Notes under the pieces: generated by a model
The model's database searches: none
Seen by the model: the letters and a program-made list of their open reading frames with translations, nothing else
Told to the model about the DNA's origin: nothing
Program-made: the position numbers and the translations under genes
IMG/VR virus record: IMGVR_UViG_3300025610_000127
Location: 1 to 25,371 of that record
DNA length: 25,371 bases
DNA from: a virus
Lineage: Duplodnaviria > Caudoviricetes
Reading direction: 5' to 3' (one strand)
Shown here: positions 8,195-16,141 of the stretch, piece by piece
Numbering within the stretch: the stretch's first letter is position 1
Layout: each line of letters starts with the position of its first letter

Positions 8195-10321
8195 ATGGCA
8201 GTCAATCACGAAATCAAGTCTCAACTCGCCAAACTGCTTGCTACTGAGGATCTGGTGGTTGAGCACAAAAAAGTAGAGACCGCTCAGTTCAATGTTCATA
8301 CCCGTGTGTTGACTCTTCCGATGTGGGAGCGAGCAAGTAGTGTTGTATATGATATGCTTGTCGGTCATGAAGTTGGTCATGCACTTTACACTCCTGACCG
8401 CAACTGGTTGAAGGAAGTCAAGATTCCCCCTCAGTTTGTCAATATTGTTGAGGATGCTCGTATTGAGAAACTAATGAAGCGTCGTTATGCTGGTCTTTCT
8501 AAGACGTTCTTTAATGGGTATAAAGAACTTGCAGAGCAAGATTTCTTCCAAGTTGCTGATGAAGATATCAGTTTGATGAATCTTGCTGACCGTGCAAATC
8601 TGCGGTTCAAGATTGGTAACTACACTCTAGTTCCTATTGAGAGTGGTGAAGAGACGGAAATTATTGATGCAATTGCAGATGCTGAAACTTTTGATGAAGT
8701 TCTTGTAGTAGCAGAACGACTTTACAAATATTGTAAGGAGAAGCAAGTCAAGACTGACCAACATCAGCAGGAGCAGGAAGAGGGACAAGAATCTCCCGAA
8801 GCACAGTCTGGTGGAGGTATGGAGACTGAATCTAATTCTGATTCTGAGGGTGGTGAAATTGGTGGAGAACAACCTAAGTCTCAGATTGAAGATGAGTTCT
8901 CTGAAGAAGAGGAAGAACTTGATGATTTGGATGTGAAGACTGCCAATTCTCTGGAAGATGCAATCAAAGAACTTGCATCCATGGATGGGTATGAGAATGT
9001 TTATGTTGAGATTCCTGACCTAAAAATTGACCAAATCATTATTCCCAATAATGTAGCTCATGATGGTGCTAAGAATTATTGGTCTAGTTGGTTGGAGGAA
9101 GCTGAACTCTCTGAAGAATCGGTTTTTGGTGAAGTTGATAAAAGATTTGTAGAATTCAAACGTTCTGCTCAGAAAGAGGTCAACTATCTGGTCAAAGAGT
9201 TTGAGTGTAAGAAGGCAGCAGACTCCTATGCTCGTGCCACCACTGCTCGAACAGGCATTCTGGATTGCTCTAAACTTCATACCTACAAGTACAACGAAGA
9301 CCTCTTCAAGAAGGTCACCACTCTTGCTGACGGCAAGAACCATGGACTGGTGTTCATTCTTGATTGGTCAGGATCTATGTGTGATGTGATGCTGGATACT
9401 GTTAAGCAACTTTTCAACCTTATTTGGTTCTGTAAAAAAGTTGCTATTCCGTTTGAGGTGTATTCTTTCACTTCCGATTATCCTCACGTTCATACTGACG
9501 AAAATGGTAAGGTTACTGTTCGTGATGTTCCTTATACCCGACGTGATGGAATCTTCCATGTTGGTGAGTGGTTCTCTCTTGTCAATATTTTCACTAGCAA
9601 AGTGAATGGTAAGACTATGGAAGACCAAATGAAAACTATTTTCCGTCTTGCACATTCTTTCAGTCGTTATAACCGTTGCTATGCACCTACTCCTCCTGGT
9701 ATGGGTCTTTCTGGAACTCCTTTGAATGAGACTCTTCTTACTCTTCATAAGATTCTTCCTAAGTTCAAGAAAGAGAACAAACTTCAGAAAGTCCAGTGTG
9801 TTGTTTTGACTGATGGTGAAGGATATGACCTTAAGCGTCATGCGGAAGTTCAACGTTCTTGGGAATCTGAACCCACTATTGGGTGTCGTTCAGTTACTCC
9901 TAACTGTATTCTTAGGGATCGTAAGACTGGAAACACATATTCTCTTGATTGTGATTGGCATCAATTTACTGACATTCTTCTTCGTAATCTGAAGGATAAC
10001 TTCCCCGAAGTTAATTTTATCGGTATTCGTGTCCTTGAGTCTCGTGATGCTGGCAGTTTTATTCGTCGGTATTGTGGATACTCTGGAAAACTCCATGACG
10101 ATACTATGAAAGAATGGAAGAAGCAGAAAGCATTCTCTCTTAAGAAATCTGGATATGATACCTACTTTGGTATCTCTTCCAATTCTCTTTCTAAGGAGTC
10201 TGAGTTTGAAGTTGCTGAAGATGCAACAAAGACTCAAATCAAATCTGCATTTGTCAAAAGTTTGCGAACTAAAAAGATGAATAAAAAAATTCTTGGAGAG
10301 TTTGTGGAACTTGTTGCCTAA
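8195..10321 (+). CDS. HEXXH metallopeptidase-like plus VWA domain protein (CobT-like partner of MoxR AAA+)
   Basis: N-terminal HEVGH...NIVEDARIE; acidic low-complexity linker; MIDAS motifs LDWSGS, SGTPL, VLTDG. Confidence 0.85.
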   Translation: MAVNHEIKSQLAKLLATEDLVVEHKKVETAQFNVHTRVLTLPMWERASSVVYDMLVGHEVGHALYTPDRNWLKEVKIPPQFVNIVEDARIEKLMKRRYAGLSKTFFNGYKELAEQDFFQVADEDISLMNLADRANLRFKIGNYTLVPIESGEETEIIDAIADAETFDEVLVVAERLYKYCKEKQVKTDQHQQEQEEGQESPEAQSGGGMETESNSDSEGGEIGGEQPKSQIEDEFSEEEEELDDLDVKTANSLEDAIKELASMDGYENVYVEIPDLKIDQIIIPNNVAHDGAKNYWSSWLEEAELSEESVFGEVDKRFVEFKRSAQKEVNYLVKEFECKKAADSYARATTARTGILDCSKLHTYKYNEDLFKKVTTLADGKNHGLVFILDWSGSMCDVMLDTVKQLFNLIWFCKKVAIPFEVYSFTSDYPHVHTDENGKVTVRDVPYTRRDGIFHVGEWFSLVNIFTSKVNGKTMEDQMKTIFRLAHSFSRYNRCYAPTPPGMGLSGTPLNETLLTLHKILPKFKKENKLQKVQCVVLTDGEGYDLKRHAEVQRSWESEPTIGCRSVTPNCILRDRKTGNTYSLDCDWHQFTDILLRNLKDNFPEVNFIGIRVLESRDAGSFIRRYCGYSGKLHDDTMKEWKKQKAFSLKKSGYDTYFGISSNSLSKESEFEVAEDATKTQIKSAFVKSLRTKKMNKKILGEFVELVA

Positions 10322-10327
10322 TAAATA
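10321..10327 (+). promoter_or_regulatory. Putative late promoter (ATAAATA)
   Basis: ATAAATA 24 nt before ATG 10352, with an AGGT SD-like sequence in between. Confidence 0.65.
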
Positions 10328-10351
10328 TTTCTATAGTAATAGGTAATTAAA

Positions 10352-10687
10352 ATGTCTAGATTTGGTGATTTATTGAGTGGTAATGCCACTCCTTCCCCTT
10401 CTCCAAAACCTGTAGTAGAAGAAACTGTAGAAACTGTAGAAACTGCAGAATCTCCCATTGTGGGTGAAGATACTACAAACTATGATGAGGTAATTGAAAA
10501 AGAACTTAGCGAATCTTCTGAGGAAGAAGTTGTTGAAACTTTTCCGTATGAAAGTGACCTATCAATTCATGATATGAGTAAAAGTGAACTTGAAGAATAT
10601 GGCAGAACGGTTGGTATTGAACTAGATAGAAGACATTCTAGAAAGAGACTCATTCGGGAATTGGAAGAGTATTTGGCCGATTCTTGA
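10352..10687 (+). CDS. Acidic hypothetical protein with C-terminal Rho-N/HeH-like helical module
   Basis: Glu-rich disordered N-terminal part; C-terminal MSKSELEEYGRTVGIELDRRHSRKRLIREL. Confidence 0.75.
   Translation: MSRFGDLLSGNATPSPSPKPVVEETVETVETAESPIVGEDTTNYDEVIEKELSESSEEEVVETFPYESDLSIHDMSKSELEEYGRTVGIELDRRHSRKRLIRELEEYLADS
10421..10450 (+). repeat. 9-bp in-frame tandem repeat (GAAACTGYA x3)
   Basis: gaaactgta gaaactgta gaaactgca gaa encodes ETV-ETV-ETA-E. Confidence 0.8.
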
Positions 10688-10731
10688 ACTGTCCACAGGG
10701 GGTCTTTGGACCTCCTTTTTTCTTGTATAAT
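10674..10731 (+). promoter_or_regulatory. Putative early promoter: upstream imperfect palindrome plus TATAAT
   Basis: TGGCCGATT-cttg-AACTGTCCAC ends 29 nt before TATAAT (10726-10731); same layout as 8113-8172. Confidence 0.65.
10697..10721 (+). terminator. Intrinsic terminator
   Basis: AGGGGGTC-TTTG-GACCTCCT stem followed by a T tract. Confidence 0.8.
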
Positions 10732-10760
10732 AACTTCAGTTGAAACGAACAAACCACATT

Positions 10761-11852
10761 ATGTCTCTTTCCGCAGATTACATCCGCACTTCTTTGCAGT
10801 CTCTATATGGCGAGTCTGTGGCAAGCGGAGATATTCGTGCTTGGTGCTCTATGAATGATGTCAACTATCAAACTGTGACCAACAAACTGTCTCAATATAA
10901 AGTTGGTCGTGGTAAATGGAATCTGGAAGTAACAAAAGAGACAGTCCAAGATTTGGAAGTGTCTTATAGTGCTCCTGCTGCCATGCCTGCAGTTCAGCAA
11001 AACCTTATCCCCGAAAAAGATGATACCTTCGTCAAGTTTGGCAACTTCGGTCCTATTAAAAAAATTATTCAGTCCCGTCTATTCTATCCAACGTTTATTA
11101 CGGGACTGTCCGGTAACGGAAAGACTTTCTCGGTTGAACAAGCATGTGCTCAACTTGGTCGGGAACTCATCCGTGTAAACATTACTATTGAAACTGATGA
11201 AGATGACCTTATTGGTGGATTCCGTCTTGTCAACGGTGAAACCGTTTGGCACAATGGTCCGGTCATCGAAGCCTTGGAGCGCGGTGCGATTCTACTGCTT
11301 GACGAGATTGATCTGGCTTCCAACAAGATTCTTTGCCTTCAATCGGTCTTGGAAGGGAAAGGTGTCTTCCTGAAGAAGATTGGTAAGTTTGTCAAACCTG
11401 CCGAGGGATTCCAAATCTTTGCTACTGCTAACACTAAGGGTAAGGGTTCTGATGATGGTCGCTTCATCGGCACTAATGTTCTGAATGAAGCATTTCTTGA
11501 GCGTTTCCCTGTGACCTTTGAGCAGGCATATCCGACTCCTGCACAAGAAATCAAAATTCTTGAGAGTGTCTCTAGCGACTTGAAGGTTGTTGCTCCCGAT
11601 TTCTGCAAGCGTTTGGTGGATTGGGCAGATATTATCCGTAAGACCTTCTATGATGGTGGTATTGAGGAAATCATCAGTACTCGTCGCCTGGTTCACATTC
11701 TTCGTGCTTTCCGTATCTTTGGTGATAAGGCGATGGCAATTGAAGTTTGTGTGAATCGTTTTGACGATGAGACCAAACAGGCATTCCTTGAACTGTATGA
11801 TAAGGTAGATGCTGATTTCGAAATGCCCGTTGACGAGCAAGTGGAGTCCTGA
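10761..11852 (+). CDS. cobS: MoxR-family AAA+ ATPase (usually annotated CobS-like in cyanophages)
   Basis: Walker A GLSGNGKT, ETDEDDLIGG, Walker B LLLDEID, ATANTKG, LNEAFLERF, ISTRRL. ATG 10761 is preferred over TTG 10740. Confidence 0.88.
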   Translation: MSLSADYIRTSLQSLYGESVASGDIRAWCSMNDVNYQTVTNKLSQYKVGRGKWNLEVTKETVQDLEVSYSAPAAMPAVQQNLIPEKDDTFVKFGNFGPIKKIIQSRLFYPTFITGLSGNGKTFSVEQACAQLGRELIRVNITIETDEDDLIGGFRLVNGETVWHNGPVIEALERGAILLLDEIDLASNKILCLQSVLEGKGVFLKKIGKFVKPAEGFQIFATANTKGKGSDDGRFIGTNVLNEAFLERFPVTFEQAYPTPAQEIKILESVSSDLKVVAPDFCKRLVDWADIIRKTFYDGGIEEIISTRRLVHILRAFRIFGDKAMAIEVCVNRFDDETKQAFLELYDKVDADFEMPVDEQVES

Positions 11853-11858
11853 TATAAT
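11830..11858 (+). promoter_or_regulatory. Sigma70-type promoter
   Basis: TTGACG (11830-11835), 17 bp spacer, TATAAT (11853-11858). Confidence 0.8.
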
Positions 11859-12348
11859 GACTAATGCTTGGAGTTTGCTTTATGATGAAATGAACGAATC
11901 TGACACATTCAATATCAATATCGCCGGAGATACTATAATCTCTGGAGGAGAAGGAATTGATACTATTGATTTTGGTGCTGGACAATATGCTCCTTACCAT
12001 AGCTCTATGAGTACTTATAGTACAGATACAATTACATTTGACCTTGGTATGCCTAGAAACAACAATTACAAATATAGTGAGGAAAAGATCCTCAAAGAAT
12101 TGTCTGAATATATTAATGGAACTTACAATCAGCACTATTCTGCTGGTGATGACAAAATTCAGACTCTTGATTTGATTGAAGCTTGTGGTGACGGTGAAGC
12201 ATTCTGCCGATCTAACATCCTCAAGTATGCCTCTCGTTATGATAAGAAGGGCACTGCCCGGCGTGACATTATGAAGATTCTGCATTATGCTGTTCTTCTA
12301 ATGCATTTCAATGACAAGAATGCTCAACGTGAAACTTATCCCCAATAA
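11857..12348 (+). CDS. DUF3310-family protein (start uncertain: 11857 or 11890)
   Basis: C-terminal HYS..KIQTLDLIEACGDGEAFCRSNILKYASRYDKKG..RDIMKILHYA matches DUF3310. Confidence 0.8.
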   Translation: MTNAWSLLYDEMNESDTFNINIAGDTIISGGEGIDTIDFGAGQYAPYHSSMSTYSTDTITFDLGMPRNNNYKYSEEKILKELSEYINGTYNQHYSAGDDKIQTLDLIEACGDGEAFCRSNILKYASRYDKKGTARRDIMKILHYAVLLMHFNDKNAQRETYPQ

Positions 12349-12965
12349 TGCCTCTATATACATCAAGAAATTGTAAAAAAATATATCACATACATATTCC
12401 GCGAACTGCGGGAAGATATGTTTCTTCTCTATTTCTTTTCAACAAATTTGAGGTACAGTTCAATTCTTTTGATTTTGATGATCGAATTGATGGTTATGAT
12501 TTGACTCATCTTCCATGTCCGTACTATAATGAACTTGAAGGTGTTAGTAGCGTAAAAAAATTTGCAGTCATTAGAAATCCTTTTGATAGATTTTTATCTG
12601 TTTTAAAAATGATTGTAAATTTTGGTAATTTTCCTTATAATTATTTTGATGACGTGTTAAATCAAACATCCTCCGAAAATGTTAGGAATATTATTTTTAA
12701 CATTTTGAATCGATATCCCTATTCTCTTCCACAATACAAATATATTGATGATAGTGTGTATTTGTGGAAGTATGAAAATGGGATGGGATATGATTTTGTT
12801 AGATGGATAAATTCAAACTTTGATTTGGATTTCAAATTTAATGAAGTTTCTTATGCTTTTCTTGAGTATGATCATTCCCATAACATTCCAATCTGTGATA
12901 AAGTTCGTGATGTAATAGTAGAATACTACAAAAAGGACTTTGAACTTTTTAAAAATTTAAAATGA
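12348..12965 (+). CDS. Sulfotransferase family (Sulfotransfer_2-like) protein
   Basis: 5'-PSB-like HIHIPRTAGR, 3'-PB-like FAVIRNPFDRFLS, PQ..Y, C-terminal YYKKDFELF; visibly AT-rich. Confidence 0.78.
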   Translation: MPLYTSRNCKKIYHIHIPRTAGRYVSSLFLFNKFEVQFNSFDFDDRIDGYDLTHLPCPYYNELEGVSSVKKFAVIRNPFDRFLSVLKMIVNFGNFPYNYFDDVLNQTSSENVRNIIFNILNRYPYSLPQYKYIDDSVYLWKYENGMGYDFVRWINSNFDLDFKFNEVSYAFLEYDHSHNIPICDKVRDVIVEYYKKDFELFKNLK

Positions 12966-13648
12966 AACTAAAAGAACACACAATGAAACTGTCTGATAAT
13001 GCCCTCGCTATTCTTAAGAACTTTGCTGGAATCAACAACTCGATTCTTGTGAAGCAGGGCAACAAACTCCGAACTATTTCTGTGGCAAAGAACATTCTTG
13101 CCGAAGCAGAAATCAAAGAAGAGTTTCCTCGTGATTTTGCTATCTATGATTTGAATCAGTTTCTGAATGGACTGACTCTTCATCAAGATCCTGACCTTGA
13201 TTTTCAGCAAGAATCTTATCTGAGTATCAAAGAGGGTAAGCGTCGTGTGAAGTATTTCTTTGCCGACCCTAATGTAATTGTTTCTCCTCCCGAAAAGGAG
13301 ATTCAACTTCCCACTCAAGATGTTTGTTTCCAGATGGACAGCGTAACTCTTGAGAAATTGGTGAAAGCAGCAGCGGTTTATCAATTGCCTGACCTCTCTG
13401 CAATTGGTGAGGCAGGTGTGATTAAATTGGTTGTTCGGGATAAGAAAAACGATACTTCTAACGAATATGCAATTGTAGTTGGTGAGACTGATAAAGAGTT
13501 TAGTTTTAACTTCAAAGTAGAAAACATCAAGATTATTCCTGGTGCTTATGACGTTGTGGTGTCTTCTAAACTTCTGTCACAATTTACCAACACTCAGCAC
13601 AATCTGAAGTATTATATTGCTCTAGAACCTGATTCTACATTTGGATGA
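12962..13648 (+). CDS. gp45: DNA polymerase sliding clamp gp45
   Basis: MKLSDNALAILKNFAGINNSI, FAIYDLNQFL, FNFKVENIKIIPGAYDV, YYIALE; alternative start at 12983. Confidence 0.96.
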   Translation: MKLKEHTMKLSDNALAILKNFAGINNSILVKQGNKLRTISVAKNILAEAEIKEEFPRDFAIYDLNQFLNGLTLHQDPDLDFQQESYLSIKEGKRRVKYFFADPNVIVSPPEKEIQLPTQDVCFQMDSVTLEKLVKAAAVYQLPDLSAIGEAGVIKLVVRDKKNDTSNEYAIVVGETDKEFSFNFKVENIKIIPGAYDVVVSSKLLSQFTNTQHNLKYYIALEPDSTFG

Positions 13649-13857
13649 ATACAATAACGGCAATGAGAATTATAGGCAGTATTGGTGTTATTGCTGCCTA
13701 CTTTATTATTCTTCACGTCAATCTTTTATGGGGAGTTATAATCAACTTTATTGCTGACCTTATTTCTATCCCATTTTTTATAAAGACCAAAGCCTGGGAC
13801 GTTGTAGTAATGCTTTCGTTCCTTCTAGCAATTAGTATGAGCAAACTATTATCATGA
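13645..13857 (+). CDS. Small membrane protein (about 3 TM helices), paralog A
   Basis: Three hydrophobic segments; RIIGS..YF..G..IPF..K.WDVV pattern; ATGA coupling. Confidence 0.75.
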   Translation: MNTITAMRIIGSIGVIAAYFIILHVNLLWGVIINFIADLISIPFFIKTKAWDVVVMLSFLLAISMSKLLS

Positions 13858-14072
13858 ATGCAAATACTTTGCGAATTATAGGAAGTGCCAGTTTGTTGAT
13901 TGGATACTTCCTTCTTTTGTATCTGGATGTTAGAATTGGATGCACATTCAGATTGGTTGGTGGGTGCATGATGATTCCATTTGCCGTATCAATCAAAACT
14001 TGGGATGTTGTTGGACTGCAATCGTTTTTTGCAGTCATTGATGCATCCAAAATTATTCAACTTTCATTATGA
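13854..14072 (+). CDS. Small membrane protein (about 3 TM helices), paralog B
   Basis: Same RIIGS..YF..G..IPF..K.WDVV pattern; ATGA coupling on both sides. Confidence 0.75.
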   Translation: MNANTLRIIGSASLLIGYFLLLYLDVRIGCTFRLVGGCMMIPFAVSIKTWDVVGLQSFFAVIDASKIIQLSL

Positions 14073-14584
14073 ACATCTTTGTATCTGACCCTGACCCCGT
14101 TGTTTCGGCACAGGTTCTACCTGACAAGCATGTCGTCAAGATGCCCCTAGAGTGCTGTCAGATGCTCTCTATCGTAGCGTCAGAGAAGTGGGGGCACGGA
14201 TACGGCACTCTGCCCAAGGCAGACGGCACACCCTATGCTACGGAAAAAGGTGCTTTTCGCAATCACCCCTGCACCATTTGGGCAAATGAAACAGTGGCAA
14301 ATGCACGGTGGTTAATTCGTCATGGACTGGCATTGTGTGAGGAGTATTCCAATCGTTATGGAAAAATTCATTCATGTCTTGCGACTCTTGCATATGCAAA
14401 TAAACTTTTCCCTATTGATGCTGCTCATAAAAGTGAATTGACACCATTTGTTTTTGCTGGTCCTGATGAATTCAAGTATGATACCGTTGATATCTACAGT
14501 AAGTATAAGATGTATATTGCATCTAAACCTTGGGTAAAGGATAACTATCGTCGTATGCCGGAGCGTAAACCAGAATGGGTGTGA
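14069..14584 (+). CDS. Pyrimidine-dimer DNA glycosylase (DenV-like family) protein
   Basis: MNIF..D.DP..SA..LPDKHVVKMPLECCQMLS, NHPCTIWA, HGLALCEEY..RYGK.H. Confidence 0.75.
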   Translation: MNIFVSDPDPVVSAQVLPDKHVVKMPLECCQMLSIVASEKWGHGYGTLPKADGTPYATEKGAFRNHPCTIWANETVANARWLIRHGLALCEEYSNRYGKIHSCLATLAYANKLFPIDAAHKSELTPFVFAGPDEFKYDTVDIYSKYKMYIASKPWVKDNYRRMPERKPEWV

Positions 14585-15207
14585 GTAATCTTTGGTATGA
14601 GTATAAAAAACTCATTTTCAATACTTTCCCCGATCTAGAAAACATTGGAGATTGGGCAGACTGGGAAGAGAATGGAACTTCTCTTTCTGCCAAACTCTAC
14701 AATAGCAAATACATTATCAAGTCTAGAGAAGTTGAGATTTGGGATGAAAAATCCTGTATCTATAACAACATCATCTACCCAAGGACAGGAGAGAATCTAC
14801 CTTGTTTTGGAATGGATTTGATGGGTTTCTTTGATAAGAAGGTCATCATTGTATTTGACTTTCAACATCCGGTAGAAAACTATTTGTTCTCTCATCCAGA
14901 TCTTCCTAAGGCAGAAGGAACATTTAGATTCTTCGAGCCAGGTAATCATTTCTCTGAAAATGTATTTGTTCGCAAATGCACAATGTCGGAAGTAAATGAC
15001 TATCTGGATGACTTTGCTGCTTATTTACATGCATACAAAGAAATGCTAGAATCTAAGAAACCTAGTGGGTTTGCTGTCCATTCTACTTACAGAGATTTTG
15101 ACAAATACATGAAACGTCTTGATCCTGTCAGTGGGTATTTGAGTAGTAAGTTCGGCAAAGAAAAAGCAGAACAACTAGTAAATGATTTTCTTTTTTGTTA
15201 TGAGTGA
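14575..15207 (+). CDS. pebS: Phycoerythrobilin synthase PebS (ferredoxin-dependent bilin reductase)
   Basis: IYP.TG..LPCFGMDLM.F.DKKVIIVFDFQHP, RFFE.GNHFS, FD.YM..LDPV.GY, VNDFLF match cyanophage PebS as I recall it. Both catalytic Asp positions (FDFQ, LDPV) are present. The start may be GTG 14581. Confidence 0.88.
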   Translation: MGVSNLWYEYKKLIFNTFPDLENIGDWADWEENGTSLSAKLYNSKYIIKSREVEIWDEKSCIYNNIIYPRTGENLPCFGMDLMGFFDKKVIIVFDFQHPVENYLFSHPDLPKAEGTFRFFEPGNHFSENVFVRKCTMSEVNDYLDDFAAYLHAYKEMLESKKPSGFAVHSTYRDFDKYMKRLDPVSGYLSSKFGKEKAEQLVNDFLFCYE

Positions 15208-16141
15208 TTTTATTTGGGTTGAAAAATATCGCCCTAAGACAATTGAAGAATGTATTCTCCCAGAGAGTACTAAAAAAACCTTCCAATCTTTCCTAGATAA
15301 AGGTGAGATCCCAAACATGCTACTTGCGGGACCTCCTGGTATTGGTAAGACTACAGTAGCAAAGGCACTTTGTAACGAACTGGGAGTAGATGTTTATGTC
15401 ATCAATGGATCCGACGAGGGTAGATTCCTCGATACTGTCCGAAACAATGCGAAGAACTTCGCTTCGACCGTCTCACTTACGGCAGATGCTAAACACAAAG
15501 TCATCATCATTGATGAGGCAGATAACACATCCAACGATGTACAACTCCTCTTACGGGCGTTTATTGAGGAGTTTGCTGGTAACTGCCGATTCATCTTCAC
15601 CTGTAACTACAAAAATAAAATCCTTGAACCCCTCCACTCGCGATGTGCCGTCGTTGAGTTTGGAATCAAGGGAAAAGAACGTCAAGGTATCGCAGCACAG
15701 TTCTTCAAACGTATCCAACAAATCCTGGATGCAGAAGGTGTTGAATATGATAACAAGGTCCTGGTAGAACTAGTTAATAAGCACTTCCCTGATTGGCGAC
15801 GAGTGCTGAATGAGTGCCAGCGTTATTCTGTTAGTGGAAAGATTGACTCCGGTATTCTTGCTACTTTCTCTGACGTTGCTGTTAATGATCTCATTAAAAA
15901 TCTTAAAGAAAAGAACTTTCCTGAAGTTCGGAAGTGGGTGGTATCTAATCTGGACAATGATACTACTGTACTTATGCGTCGTATTTACGATGCTCTTTAT
16001 GCATCCCTTACAAACGCTAGCATTCCTGCTGCTGTGCTCGTTCTTGCTAAGTATCAGTACCAGAGTGCGTTCGTGGCGGATCAAGAAATAAATATGCTTG
16101 CTTGTCTAACTGAACTTATGGTGGAGTGTGAATTCAAATGA
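15200..16141 (+). CDS. gp44: Clamp loader large subunit gp44
   Basis: WVEKYRPKTI, Walker A GPPGIGKT, IIIDEAD, SRC motif, FPDWRR; ATG 15200 is preferred. Confidence 0.97.
   Translation: MSDFIWVEKYRPKTIEECILPESTKKTFQSFLDKGEIPNMLLAGPPGIGKTTVAKALCNELGVDVYVINGSDEGRFLDTVRNNAKNFASTVSLTADAKHKVIIIDEADNTSNDVQLLLRAFIEEFAGNCRFIFTCNYKNKILEPLHSRCAVVEFGIKGKERQGIAAQFFKRIQQILDAEGVEYDNKVLVELVNKHFPDWRRVLNECQRYSVSGKIDSGILATFSDVAVNDLIKNLKEKNFPEVRKWVVSNLDNDTTVLMRRIYDALYASLTNASIPAAVLVLAKYQYQSAFVADQEINMLACLTELMVECEFK

Noticed and set aside
11292-12285. Long minus-strand ORFs (182 aa and 203 aa) opposite MoxR/DUF3310
   Set aside because: They fully overlap well-supported + strand genes and have no recognisable motifs. 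They are the expected antisense shadows of biased codon usage. The same applies to the minus ORFs opposite gp23, gp46, the VWA gene, gp45, gp43 and uvsX.
12961-12990. AATGAAACT repeated at the gp45 start as an insertion scar
   Set aside because: Only 9 bp and explained by two in-frame MKL starts; not separable from chance or alternative initiation.
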